A stretch of DNA of 63,993 bases, counting the filler, from Octopus bimaculoides (lineage: Eukaryota): NCBI RefSeq assembly GCF_001194135.2. It is 5 parts of 5 records of this genome, joined end to end, with 100 filler letters (N's around TTAATTAATTAA, not from the genome) between each part and the next. Parts side by side here need not be neighbours in the genome. Positions count along the whole stretch, not along the records: positions 1 to 17,354 come from NC_068995.1; 4 more parts are not named here. One strand, 5' to 3'. A program made the position numbers and the translations under genes. Under the pieces are notes generated by a model, which was not told the origin of the DNA, made no database searches, and saw only the letters and a list, made by a program, of their open reading frames with translations. Shown in pieces: positions 1-11,680 of the stretch (within the stretch, counting starts at the first letter, position 1; every line of letters begins with the position of its first letter).

Positions 1-549
1 ATAACTGGTCGTATTATCAGATGACAATATCAGAACAATTTGCTATCATCATCTGATGATGATATGATCAGTAATTGATTTGATTATTGATTATTGAAAT
101 GTATGTAATGAAGTATCTGAAATATCCATAATTTATTTTATGTTCTTCTTTGAACCCCCACTCCCCCACACAATCAAAGTAGAACATGGAAATAATTAAC
201 AGAAAAGGATAAAGGAGAAACAAACATAGGAATCCTCTCATAAGCCATGGAGACCAGGCTCAAGTGCAGTTTCGGTGCATTGGGTTGATCAATTTCTTGT
301 TAGTGAAATTTAAAATGATGCAGAAGCTACATATATATATAATGATGATTATTATCATTATAAACATTGAAATTTGCTTGAAGCATTGCAATATGATAAA
401 TATTCAAATATTGCAACGTGATAAATATTCAAACATTTGTAAAAGCAATTTTTAAGCAAAGGATGTAAAGTGCTAGGCAAAATATATAAGGCGATGTTGA
501 TAAATGAAAACTAAAGGAAAGATATTGTATTGTTTTACATAGGTTATTC

Positions 550-755
550 TTTTGTTATTTTACTTGTTTCAGTCATTTGACTGTGGCCATGCTGGAGCAC
601 CGCCTTTAGTCGAACAAATCGACTCCAGGGCTTATTCTTTGGAAGGCTAGAACTTATTCTGTTGGTCTCTTTTGCCGAACTGCTAATTTACGGAGATGTA
701 AACATACCAACATTGCATGTCAAGCAATGGTGGGAGTACAAATACATACAAATAC

Positions 756-809
<54 letters not shown>

Positions 810-830
810 CAATGGGCTTCTTTCAGTTTC
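550..830 (-). mobile_element. SINE family A, 3' half plus internal (TA)n, truncated by the foldback element
   Basis: Matches the recurrent tail (tacttgtttcagtcatttgactgtggccatgctggagcaccgcctttagtcga) seen in many copies in the window. It stops at tttcagtttc, where the 834-1134 element begins. Confidence 0.85.
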
Positions 831-833
831 TTA

Positions 834-1134
834 TTTAGCCCCAGAAGACATTGTCTCCAGCTGGCTATACGACACGATCTGTGTCCTTATATTTTTAAAC
901 AAGGGAATCTAGCACTCCCACTCAGCTCAAAACAATATCTGTGTATCACGATTTCCGGGTTATTTCCCTTCATCAGCGCAGAATAATTGTTCTGGCGAAG
1001 AGAAATAACTTAGAAGTCGCAAGACACAGATATTGTTTTGAGCTGAGTGGGGGTGCTAGATTCCCTTGTTCAAGAATATAAGGACACAGATCGTGTTGTA
1101 TAGCCAGCTGGAGACGATGTCTCCTGGGGCTAAA
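834..1134. mobile_element. Foldback/palindromic MITE-like element, 301 bp
   Basis: Arms 834-944 and 1024-1134 are 111-bp inverted repeats with 6 mismatches, all transitions. The interior is also an imperfect palindrome. TTA flanks both sides (831-833, 1135-1137); a TA-flanked boundary 4 bp further in is also possible. Confidence 0.85.
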
Positions 1135-1575
1135 TTACAGCAGCATTCGTCCTAAACCAGGACTGCCTTGTGATGTGTGTATGTACATAATCTGGGATTA
1201 CTTTTTCAGGGGAATATGATAAGGCCAGTTAGAGGGAAGCACTCAAGGTATTAATATATATGTACCAGTTGCCAGGAATGCGTTTAATGTGTAAACATTG
1301 GTATCTAAGCAATGTGTTTGTGGATGGTTAATGGCTTGGATTGATACTGAAATATATACATATACACCCATTAGCTATTTTTCTGTCTTCGATCGCATTG
1401 TTTACGCTGATGTATTCATAACTTTCATTGCTGGCTCTAATTTCTATTTAAAAAAAAACCTGTAGCAATAATTCTGAACAATGCATATGAACATGTTTTT
1501 GTTATAACAGTAAGTTCAGCAAAATGAATTAACAAATGAAACGAAATGCTGACAGTTTTAATAGAATTCATCCAT

Positions 1576-1576
<1 letters not shown>

Positions 1577-1670
<94 letters not shown>
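1577..1670. repeat. (CA)n microsatellite
   Basis: About 47 uninterrupted CA units. Confidence 0.98.
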
Positions 1671-1674
<4 letters not shown>

Positions 1675-3037
1675 CGAAGAAGACGGAAATTTATTTGGAT
1701 ACACATACACTGAAATATACATGTATATATTTACATATATACATACACGTGTATGTGTACAGACACACACGCACACTTTTCTATGTTTAGATTGACATAC
1801 ATCTGTGAGTTTGTATGCAATAAGAAAGAGAGCGGAATATATATATAGAGAGAGAGACGAGACAAGGCAGTGTTAGAAAAAGTTAGCTTTCTATAGCCAA
1901 GCGATTAGTGATCTGAACGAATTCACACGAGCAGACACTAATACATTTACGGAGCCAGCCAGACACATGTATATATCTATTTTTTCTAGAGGTAACAGTT
2001 TGTTGAGTAGGGGATGGAAGAGTGCTTTTATTTTACCAACACGATTGACTAATGTCCCACTCCAGACTCCAGACGAACCGACAAACGGTTTGGTGGAGAC
2101 GTCGGATAGATTATTAAGTCTATAAAAAATAATTGATTTGGCGACTGTCTCTCGTCCACTTCCTCTTCTTTCCCCTATTTCCAATCCTTCGCCCTCTTTT
2201 TTATTCTTCATTTCTCCTCCCTCTCTTTTATGCATGTACGTGCCATTAATTGGAGTTGAGTGTTCTTGAGTTTTAAGTGATGCCTTACTATGGATGGTAG
2301 GGATCAGATGGAAAGTGGACGCATGTGATGCTATTTGTCTGTTTGTCTGTCTGCCCAGTTTATTTATAAATTTGTATCTGTGAATTTGACTGTTTTGTCC
2401 GTCTGTTTATCTGTCTCATTTTTTCCATCTTGTCTTTCTCATTCCTTCCATCTATCCGTTCCATGCCTGCCCATCTCATATATTCGCTTTCTCTTCTTAA
2501 TTTGGAGTAAATTTTGACCAGCCACCTACTTGCAAAGTTTAACCATCATCCTTTAAATCTTAAAGAGGGTCTTGCAGATTTTTATAGTCCCAGATCTCGT
2601 GAGCATTTGTTACGTATGAATTAAAGATTTGAGACGCGAATTTATGCATATAATTTTATATATGTATGTATATATATATTCATATAAATGGGTAACAGCT
2701 TTTCTTAAATGCATGTTTCATTAAACACACGACTGTTTGTTTCTGTCTAAAATATGAAAAATCTAAAATAAAAAAAAGATAAAGCTTAGCCGAGAATTTC
2801 ATGAAACATGCGCGAGCGCGTAAACACACATACAAATGATAGGAAATGGAATTAACGACATTTCTTTTTAAAATCACTACAATTGTTTCGACACATTCTT
2901 ACACCTTTATATAGGTGGGATGTTGTGCAATCTTTATTTTAAACCCAAGGTGTAAAATGTGCCTCCTTAGGTGATTGTTTAAATAAGTTCTTCTTTACCC
3001 GAATCTTAACTAAAACCACCCCCATATATATATATAT

Positions 3038-3925
3038 GGGTGGTGGCGAATCCCATCCTCATTGCTGAGTGTTGAGGACCATCCATGGACACCGAGCACC
3101 ATCCCTCTGCATCGATTCCTGCCTCTAGTACATAGTTGTGCCTTCAGTCAGAGGACTTTCAATCCGTTCTCTGTCGTCGTCATCCGTCATTTTGGTCGCT
3201 TCCTCTACGATATATGGCTTCCCGAGGCTCTGAGCCCCGGACATGTCGCCAAATACTGCAACTTACTTTTCTTGGCCGTTGCCAAAAATCCTCTTTCTGC
3301 TCCCATTTCCTAAGCACTGACTCGTTTTGTTCGATGATGAGTTCAGCTGATCCTTAGTATTCTTCGGTAGCACATTGTTTCAAATGCTTTGTATTTAGTA
3401 GTGTCGTTTGCTCTTACGATCAAACTTTCACATCTAGTGTTTGCAGGAGCTTTGATTCGATGTCTTTGTTGAAAGCTGTTTTTCTAACTTGTATTGAGTG
3501 GTTTTAAGGCTGATATTGCTAACCCGAGCCGTGCTTTTATTTCATTGCCCCCATCTCCTGATTGTTCTATGATAGCACCCTGATATTTGAACTTGGTGAC
3601 CTGTGCTAAGGCCACTTCTTGGCATTGGGTTGCTGTGAGGGGGGGGGGGTGTCGCCAACACACTTAGTGACTTGTCTGAAATCTCTAAAGCGCCAATAAA
3701 GGTTGTATCGTCCAGCAAACCATAACATTTTCGTCTTCATTTACTGATGGCGACTTCTGTCCAACCAAGTTCGTCATTTGATTATCTCATTGCAAGTTGA
3801 GAGTAGATAATGGAAGCATTTGGCTGAGACGAGACAATCTTGACGAACACCCTTCTTGATATAGAACTTTCCTGTGTGTTCCTTCCCCCACCCTGATATT
3901 CACAACGTAATAGCAAAGTATTAAT
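3038..3925 (-). mobile_element. Decayed RTE-clade LINE, 3' part (RT and C-terminal region)
   Basis: Broken minus-strand frames give FYIKKGVRQDCLVS (RT GVRQGC motif), VTKFKYQGAII..GGNEIKARLGLA and KAFETMCYRRILRIS, all typical of RTE/BovB-like ORF2. It has many stops and frameshifts and ends in a (TA)n tail. Confidence 0.85.
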
Positions 3926-3928
3926 ATA

Positions 3929-4149
3929 TAAGGGGATGCTGAAAAGCTCCTGGCTTTGAGTAAAAGAAAATACAGGAGGATCAGTCAATTATGATTTTAT
4001 TCAACATATTCCCCTTCTGAGATTCACGCACTCATTGCAGCGATCCTTCAGTTTTTCTAAGCCCTGAAAAAGGAACTCGGAAGGTTGGGCCTCTAACCAG
4101 GCGTTCTGCGAAACCCTTAAAGCCAAGAACTTTTCAGTACCCCTTTGTA
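3929..4149 (-). mobile_element. Mariner-derived MITE
   Basis: Imperfect TIRs (aggggatgctgaaaagctcctggcttt / aaagccaagaacttttcagtacccctt) with TA at both ends. The interior on the minus strand resembles a transposase C-terminus (cgctgcaatgagtgcgtgaat...ggggaatatgttgaataa, similar to RWNKCV..GDYVE*). Confidence 0.75.
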
Positions 4150-4169
4150 TATCTTTTATCGGATCTATT

Positions 4170-4520
4170 CCATTGATTCCTTTTATCTTTTACAGTCACT
4201 GGACTGTGGCCATGATAGGATACCGCCTTGGAGGATTTTATCGAAAAAAAAAATCGATCTCAATACTCATTTTCAAGTCTGTACTTAGGCTATCGTTCTC
4301 CTTTTGCCGAACCGCTTAAGTTACGGGGGCTTAAATCACCACCAGTTGTTAAGTGATGGTGGGACGCGCGCGCGCATACACATACATGTATCACGGGCTT
4401 CTTTCAGTTTCCGTTTACCAAATCAATTTACAAGGGCACGATCAGCCCGGGTTTGTGAGAGACACTTGCCCAAGGTGCCACGCAGTGGGACTGAACCCAA
4501 GACCACTTGGTTTAAAAGAT
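4170..4520 (-). mobile_element. SINE family A, near full-length
   Basis: Tail, body (gggcttctttcagtttccg) and head (acacttgcccaaggtgccacgcagtgggactgaaccc) appear in order on the minus strand. Confidence 0.85.
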
Positions 4521-5989
4521 CCATTCATCATTTAAAAGCTAAGGGGTCTTCCGAATCACCCTGTATATCAACTTATAGAAACCATTCATTCATTCGCCCG
4601 CCCGCCCATCCATCCGTCCACACACACACACACACACATACACATACTTGCATGTATGTGTGCCAAAGTATAAAATTACGCCCGACAACGCCATCGGAAG
4701 TTGAGAGGCCAAGACAAGATACACATACATAGTGTGTGGGGGAGTAGATCCATGTTTTAAACAAGATTCAAGCTGACAAAAGCTAATTTTAAACCAATGT
4801 GGTGGTGACCTAATGAAACGGTTAGATTTAGGTCAGCTGTCCACCATCAACGAGATTCCGACAGAACTATCGCCTGTCTTCCATTCATTTGGGTCTGGCC
4901 AACAGCTTCTACAGTTGGTAATTGGCACTCGGCACATTTTGCCTCTCCACCCCTTCCTTGTCAGTTTTTCTTGGAATGTTGAAGACAAGGAGTGTGTGTG
5001 TGTGTGTGTGTGTGATATAAAGTGAAGGTAGCAGAAGACAAAAGCTGGAATATCAATCAAATACAGAAAATGAGTGAAGGAGATCTCCTCCCACTCATTC
5101 TCTGTAAGGAAATATTAAAGAGGGTAAGAGGTGGAAACAAGGACAGAGAAAGAGAGAAAGATGAAGATATAGGCGAAAAAAAAAAAAAAATTTTTTTTGA
5201 AGTTGTTCTTTTTTTTTTTCTGTGTTCTGCGAACCATGTTGGGCAGCGTGGTATGGCGTGTAACCTTGCCTGTAAGGGGAGAAAAATTTGCTAGAGATAG
5301 ACTGAGTAAAATTGTATATAGAAGAAAGCGACAGATAGGTGAGGGATACATGTGTTTGTGTATGTATATAATATACACTCTGTCTGTCTATATATAAGTA
5401 TGTAAGAGATAATGAGAGAAAAGTTGATTTAATGAGAACGCATGAAACAAGCAAATTTAATTTGACTGACTCAGAAAGGAGGCAGAGATGCAGAAAGAAA
5501 TGAGGAAAGAAAGAAATAGAGAGAGATAGAGAAGTATGGGACATACTAACTTAGGTTGACTTGTTAGAGGACACTTGTAAAAGGTACTAGTGAAAGAAAG
5601 AAAACGATTGATAGAGAGAGAGAGAGATGAAGAATGAATAAATTTGAGTGAGTGACTGAGAGCCAGCCTAACTGATTCATCGTATTTGATTTGGTTGAAC
5701 ATGAGAAGCGAAATACGAGAGAGAGAGAGAGAGAGAAAAGAAAGATAGGCAGGCAGACAGACGGACAGACTGAGCATGTATGTAAATATGAGAGAGAGAG
5801 AGAGAGAGGGGGTCTGAATGCTAAGAATAAACCAGTTGCAATGTAAGGTGGGAGATGATGAAAAGTTCATATTTCGAGCAGTTTATATGTTTATTAATTT
5901 ATTTATTTAATTAATTATTTATTCGCGCGCGCACAGCCCGTGTCATCTTGTGTGTGTGTGTGTGTGTATGTGTGTATTTTTAGTGTTTT

Positions 5990-6450
5990 ATTTTACAAAA
6001 ATAGAGAAAAATGCAAAACAAAAGAAAATAGACAAGTTTGTGTGCCAGTGAGGAGTGAAAGAAAGGGAAAGCTGAAAGGAGAAAAAGAACAAAGCGAAGG
6101 AAATAAAGACAGAAAGAGCTACAACGATATCGAAGGAAGGAAGGTGGGAAAAAGAAGACAAGAAAGAATGATAGAGAAGGAGAAGGAGAAAGAGGCAAAG
6201 AAAGAGTGCGAGAAAAGAACGGAAGGATAGAGGAGTGATAAAGGTGCGAGTGAATAAGGAAAAAAGAAAACGAGTACCACAAACTAGAAGAAGAAACAAC
6301 AAAAAAAGAAAAAAAGGGGAGAAACGGAAGAGATAGAGAGAAGGAAAGACCGGAAGAAAAAGAAAGCCGAAAGGAAACAAACAAAAAAGGAAGACAAGGG
6401 TGGATGACAAGAAAGGAAGAAGGGAAGAAGAGAGGAAAAAAGTAGAAGGA
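5990..6450. repeat. Purine-rich low-complexity tract
   Basis: Mostly A/G on the + strand; it accounts for the F/S/L-rich pseudo-ORFs. Confidence 0.9.
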
Positions 6451-7486
6451 AGGATTTAGGTGTGAGTTTGAGTAATCAGTGGTTGGTGGGTGGCTTTTGG
6501 CGACATTCCAGCACAGCTGTGGAACCATCTTTCCTTAAGCATCGTAACATGTTCTTCACCTGGAAAATAATTTACAGATAATGAAATCCGGAATGGTAAG
6601 TTTGCTCCACTATTCTCAGCTTGTTGAATATTTATACACTACACATACAACACAACGCTTTTGCCGTAGGTACATTAAATACATGTACATGTATACATAG
6701 CATTTTAAGTTTGTCCCTAAATATATTCATGAATGTGTGTATACGAAAAAGATAGAGAGAGTGAGATAGTGTGTTCATAATACGAAGACGAAATGGCGAG
6801 GTGCTCTCTGCACTATTACCATATTACCAACAAGTATGCATTTTTCGAGCCGTGTTTGCTACCTGTTTTCATTCCCTTGTGAAGTTGATTCACTTCACTT
6901 TACTTTTGCATTTAATAATAATAATTCATAAAAAAGAAAATGACACGGACGCCTCTACACGTTTCCCCTTTATCGTTCGATAGTGCGTTGTTTCTAAAAG
7001 CTTGTAATACTTTTCTGTAGAAAGCATTATTGTCGGCAAATGGCCGGTAAGGGCAGTAAGATTACAAATCGGACCTTTTCAGCTCGCGGTCCAGGTTCGC
7101 GCCTCACCATGATAAAGCACTCTATCAGGGTGACTTTTGAGGACAAATAATTGATTTTTATTGTTTCCTTCGCTAGGAATCAGCATATATGGCTTCACAA
7201 AANNNNNNNNNNNNNNNNNNNNNNNNNNNNNNNNNNNNNNAAAAAAAAAAAAAAAATACTAATAATATTTGCAATAGAGACTAGAGTTCTCTCCAGTGAG
7301 AGCTTTATCTTCGTTAATGAACGCTACCATAAAATTGAAATAAAACCGCCGCGGCTTATAAAGTGTGTAATACATGTATACATATATTTTTGCATTAGAA
7401 TGTATTTGTGTGCGCGCGCGCGCGCACGTGTTTAAAGATATATATGTTTATGTATGTGTTTGTTTATATATGTTTATGTTTAAATA

Positions 7487-7519
<33 letters not shown>

Positions 7520-8239
7520 TATATGGTTAAACTAAAGCGTTTGACCCGATCACAAAACCAAAAAAACAAATAGTGTAATAGATGTAAAACAACTTGCTCT
7601 GAACGAATATATATAAACTTGCCTGAAGATCCTACGCACACGTGTGCGAATGAGTGTGTGTAATATACATACATACATGCTTAGGCTGTAGTTAAGAAGC
7701 TTGATTCCCGACTATATGGTCTTAGATTCAGTCCCACGGCGCTGCAATTCGTGCGAGTGTCTTCTACCATAGCACCAATCCGAATGCCCTTTCTGTCGCC
7801 AACTTTCATCTTCTTCCGAGTAAGGTAATATTCTCCTCAATGACCCAAATGTGTATCTGTAGAATATCTGGAGATCAGCACCAAAACATCATTATCTAGC
7901 TAAGTATTACCTTGCTTGGAAACTGGTATGGGTTGGCGACAGGAAACACGTGGAAGTGTGTTTGTCTCATTGTTTAACACAATGCATAGTGCAATAGTCA
8001 TTAAACGAGCGTCGCCGTCCTTCGTGCACATAAATTATTATGTTTGGAAGACATCAACGTACATCAGCATATAACTTGTTCGGTTACTTCTATAAACAAG
8101 AGCCACCATTTTTGTTTGGTTTTGTCGATCCAGTGATAGCTTTCACTGAAGAGACACAATTAGGTCGATACACTGGTGCTTCAAAGACCTCTTACAGCAA
8201 TGAATCGAGCGTTTTGTCAACAGTGTACAAATCTTGGCA

Positions 8240-8432
8240 CACGGCCAGCAAGTTCGGGAGAGAGGTCGGTTGATTACATCGACCCCAGTGTCCAACTGGT
8301 GCTTATTTTATCGATCCCGAAAGGATGAAAGGTAAAGTCGACCACGGCGGAATTTGAATTCAGAACGTAAAGACGGACGAAATACCGCTAAGCATTTTGC
8401 CCGGCGTGCTAACGATTCTGCCATCGCGCCAC
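8240..8432 (-). mobile_element. SINE family B (tRNA head plus Meta-domain-like body)
   Basis: The reverse complement reads tggcagaatcgttagcacg (A box) ... ctgaattcaaattccgcc (B box) ... gtcgactttacctttcatcctttcgggatcgataaaataagcacc. The body resembles, from memory, the conserved MetaSINE domain. Other copies lie at about 11800-12165, 17455-17610, 20780-20915, 31860-32045, 48795-48972 and 59790-59935 (-), and 52975-53180 and 54500-54660 (+). Confidence 0.85.
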
Positions 8433-8699
8433 TTTCGAATTTTCTCATCCAAATATGTTGGATCATATTAAGAATAAATATGCACTGCATCGTTTTACGT
8501 ACACATAATTTATTATGAGACTACTCTCTGATACGCAACCAGTTCCTCCTCTTCTTTCATACTTGAGCCTCTCAACACCTGTCATAATGCCACGCCCCTC
8601 TCTGCTTCAACTCCACTCAGTTTAAGGTCTTTGTCTTGCAAGTTATTTGGCTACCTCACTACTGCTGGTGTCGCGAAAAAATGCACCCTGTACACTGTA

Positions 8700-8850
8700 A
8701 TGTCGTTGGCGTTAGGAAGGGCATCCAATTGTAAAATCATACCAAAACGTGCACTGGAGCTCAACGCCGTCCTCCGACTCGTTAGGGCTTCTCAAACCAT
8801 CCAACACATGCCAGCATGGAAGACGGACGTGTTAAATGATGATGAAGCTA
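8700..8850 (+). mobile_element. RTE-type LINE/SINE 3' tail ending in (GAT)n
   Basis: ttggcgttaggaagggcatcc ... aacacatgccagcatggaagacggacgtgttaaatgatgatga. The same tail occurs at about 16005-16250 (-), 20065-20245 (+), 20925-21125 (-) and 24545-24598 (+). The RTE assignment is inference. Confidence 0.7.
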
Positions 8851-9153
8851 ATATATATAGGCGCAGGCGTGGCTGTGTGGTAAGAAGCTTGCTTCCCAAC
8901 CACATGGTCCCGAGTTTAGTCCCACTGCGTGGAATCTCGGGCAAGCGTCTACTATAACCTCGGGCCGATCAAAGCCTCGTGAGTGGATTTGGTTGACAGA
9001 AACTGAAAGAAGCCCCATCACCGTTTGACAACCGATGCTGGTGTGTTTACGTCCTCGTAACTTAGCGGTTCAGCAAAAGAGGCCAATAGAATATGTACTA
9101 GGCTTAACACAAGTCCTGGGTTCGATTTGTTCGACTAAATCCCTAAAAGACCG

Positions 9154-9737
9154 GGATCTTTTTTAAAACGGGGGCCACATTTTTCATTAACGAAACACTT
9201 GAAACTTGGATCACTGGTAGAATGTGTCATATAAAACATCTTTTTCTCTTAGTCTTCTTAAAAAAAAAAGAAATCCATAAATTATTCCATGTTAAAGTTG
9301 TCGTATTTCTGTAATTTCAACCAATCACTGACGTCCATTCAGCCGATATACATTAAGTGCCGACTACATAAACAAACGATTCTGAAACAATTAACCCTAA
9401 CTCTAACTCTAACCCTAACCCTAGGGTTAGAGTTAGGGTTAGAGCTAGGGTTAGGGTTAGGGTTAAAGCAAATTTAAAATGAAAAAAAGCAAATAAAACG
9501 AAGAATCGTTTGTTTATGTAGTCGGCACTTAATGTATATCGGCTGAATGGACGTCAGTGATTGGTTGAAATTATCGAAATAAGACAATTTTTTACATGAA
9601 ATAAATTCGAATACAAAAATATTTTTCTGTTCTATAACACAAAATAGATAAGTATACGAAGTTTGAAAGTCTTTCGGTACCAAAAGCACTACGTAAAACA
9701 TTAATGAAAAATGTGGCCCCCGTTTTAAAAAAGATCC
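9154..9737. mobile_element. Non-autonomous TIR element (MITE, possibly Merlin-like) with a central telomeric-repeat palindrome
   Basis: Perfect 37-bp TIRs GGATCTTTTTTAAAACGGGGGCCACATTTTTCATTAA (9154-9190, 9701-9737). 8-bp TSD AAAGACCG (9146-9153, 9738-9745). Perfect 72-bp inner inverted arms (9312-9383, 9502-9573). GG termini with an 8-bp TSD fit Merlin, but the superfamily is inference. Confidence 0.92.
9391..9466. repeat. Interstitial telomere-like repeats (CCCTAA/CTCTAA)n followed by (TTAGGG/TTAGAG)n
   Basis: ttaaccctaactctaactctaaccctaaccctagggttagagttagggttagagctagggttagggttagggttaa; the symmetry axis is in CCCT|AGGG at 9422/9423. Confidence 0.95.
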
Positions 9738-11399
9738 AAAGACCGCGCTCCTGCATGGCTGCAGTCAAATGACTGAAGCAAAAGAATATATACACGTATT
9801 TAGAAAACAGGCGAGGGTTCACAACAGGAAGAACATCCGGCCGTAAAATCCTGTCTCTGATAAAGATATGAAGAGAGGGTTGTGTTGGAAATTCCGAAAA
9901 TATTACCGAATCCAGCATCCACCTGACGAAAGTACCATAACCCAAACTTTGTGATTAAAACAAAGACGAAAGCACTAATCTAAATACACAGGTGTATTTC
10001 TATTTTATAAATGCCGATATAAATAAAGGCTGGTTGGTCTGTTGGTTTTTCAAGTCACCCTTTCACCGTAGAGAGAAAGCGTAATAGGGAGGTACAGACG
10101 GTTAAGAGGTGCATGATGAGCGCACATAGTAGGCTTGACGGCAGGCAATGAGTAAAGGAACGCCCTCCCCTCCGCACACACACACACACCATTTTGTATA
10201 AAGTCAAAAAAGTTGGATAAAAGTTAAATTACAATAATTATGTTTGTCACATGGCAAAAGTATACTTCGAAGTTACTTGTCAAAATGACCGGTAACTACA
10301 GTATTGACAACTCTCCATCTCGAAAGTCGTGGGTGTATATATATATGTATATGAATGTGTATATTTGTTTATGCGTACACATATGTGTGTGTGTCTTCGT
10401 GCGAATGCTCGTGTAGTCTGTGTGCTGCTGTGTATATATGCATGTATGTGTATATAATTATTGAATGGCACTTCTACATACAAGATATATTCACACACAA
10501 ACACACGCTCATGTACATACACATGCGTTATATATATATATATATAGGCGCACGTGTGTGTTTGTTTGTACCCTGTAACAAGTCCATTAATTTTATTTAT
10601 GCAGTTTATATAAAACATTGTTTATAGAGAGGTATGGATACGCTTAACGAAAACTATATAAAACATGTGTGTATTTATATCAATATATAAAGATCAAAGG
10701 ATTGATAATTAATTGTATGTGTATGTATGTTTAAGATAAGCGGAAACGATAAAAGATGAAAGTTTCCGGATGTTGCAGAGGCGGTTTGGGTATGCTTTTT
10801 GGTACAATGGTACATAATTGTTTGAGGTCGTATTAATACTTTGTTTCCGAAAAAGAAAAAAAAAGTGGGTAAATTTTATAAACGAAGGGCAAAAATGGGA
10901 TTAAGTAAAAAGCGTTAAAGTTATTAACAAATTAGTACTGACACTTCCTCTGGCCGTTCTATATTTATACGCGTACATTAGCCCTTCCGCATACATAAAT
11001 TGATTGTTATATAATGTGTGTCTGTGCATTTGTATATGGAATAATGAGCGTAAATGCCTATGTGGAACTGTGACTATATTTGTGTACGTATGTGTGCGTG
11101 CCAGTACATACGCACACATAAGCACAATTAAATATTGTTTGTATGCATAAAGCAAGCGCTCGTACACGCGCACACATACACTCGCGCGCGCACGTGTCTG
11201 CAATCATACACCGGAAGTCGTTGTTGATATCGATTTCTTTTTGAAAGATAAGGAATAACTATTTCTTGAAGACTTAATTTCTTTAATTAACATTTCTTGC
11301 AGGAACTATTCTTGTGATCAATATCGGTCGTTTGTGCGTTTGCCTCTCTGAATAAGTATGTAGGTGTTTGCGCGTAAAGTTCCCGCTTGATGATCGCTC

Positions 11400-11680
11400 T
11401 GGCGTGAAACTGAAGTCGCGAGAAAAGAATTTAGTCGAACGTTTATGTTTACAGATGAAGAAAAAGTAGTCAATACATTGTTTGGATATTTTATTAGAAA
11501 CTGAACCTTCTTGAACTGTTATTCTGGATTTCACTTTGTCGGTCAGTCAAATATGTGTTATGGTTGGGTAATGCTCTCTCATCGCCCAAAATAGAAAAGG
11601 ACAAAAACATGATGCTATTTGAAAATACCCGACTAACACGTACACAAAAAAACCCTTCTCCTGTCGTCGATTTCTTCATA
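11400..11680 (+). mobile_element. Possible highly decayed Tc1-like transposase fragment
   Basis: Broken frames give (W)SNV-MFTDEEK and VMVG*CSL, reminiscent of Tc1 WxxVLFTDE and VMVWGxxS. Weak. Confidence 0.35.

Larger units (their letters stand above)
8862..9790 (+). mobile_element. SINE family A interrupted by the 9154-9737 MITE
   Basis: Head ggcgtggctgtgtggtaagaagcttgcttcccaacc with A/B-box-like motifs, then the body. The tail (cgctcctgcatggctgcagtcaaatgactgaa) resumes right after the insertion. Confidence 0.9.

Noticed and set aside
927-976. Hammerhead-like core on the minus strand: CTGATGA-AGGG-aaataa-CCCG-GAAA-TCGTG-ata-CACAGAT-A
   Set aside because: Stems II and III and an AUA triplet can be drawn, but the 10.1-11.1 pair is A.G and stem I does not form. 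The other arm of the foldback lacks CTGATGA. An Infernal scan of the family consensus would settle it.
9391-9466. Chromosome end-to-end fusion scar
   Set aside because: A fusion gives (TTAGGG)n then (CCCTAA)n. Here the order is reversed and the repeats sit inside a TSD-flanked MITE.
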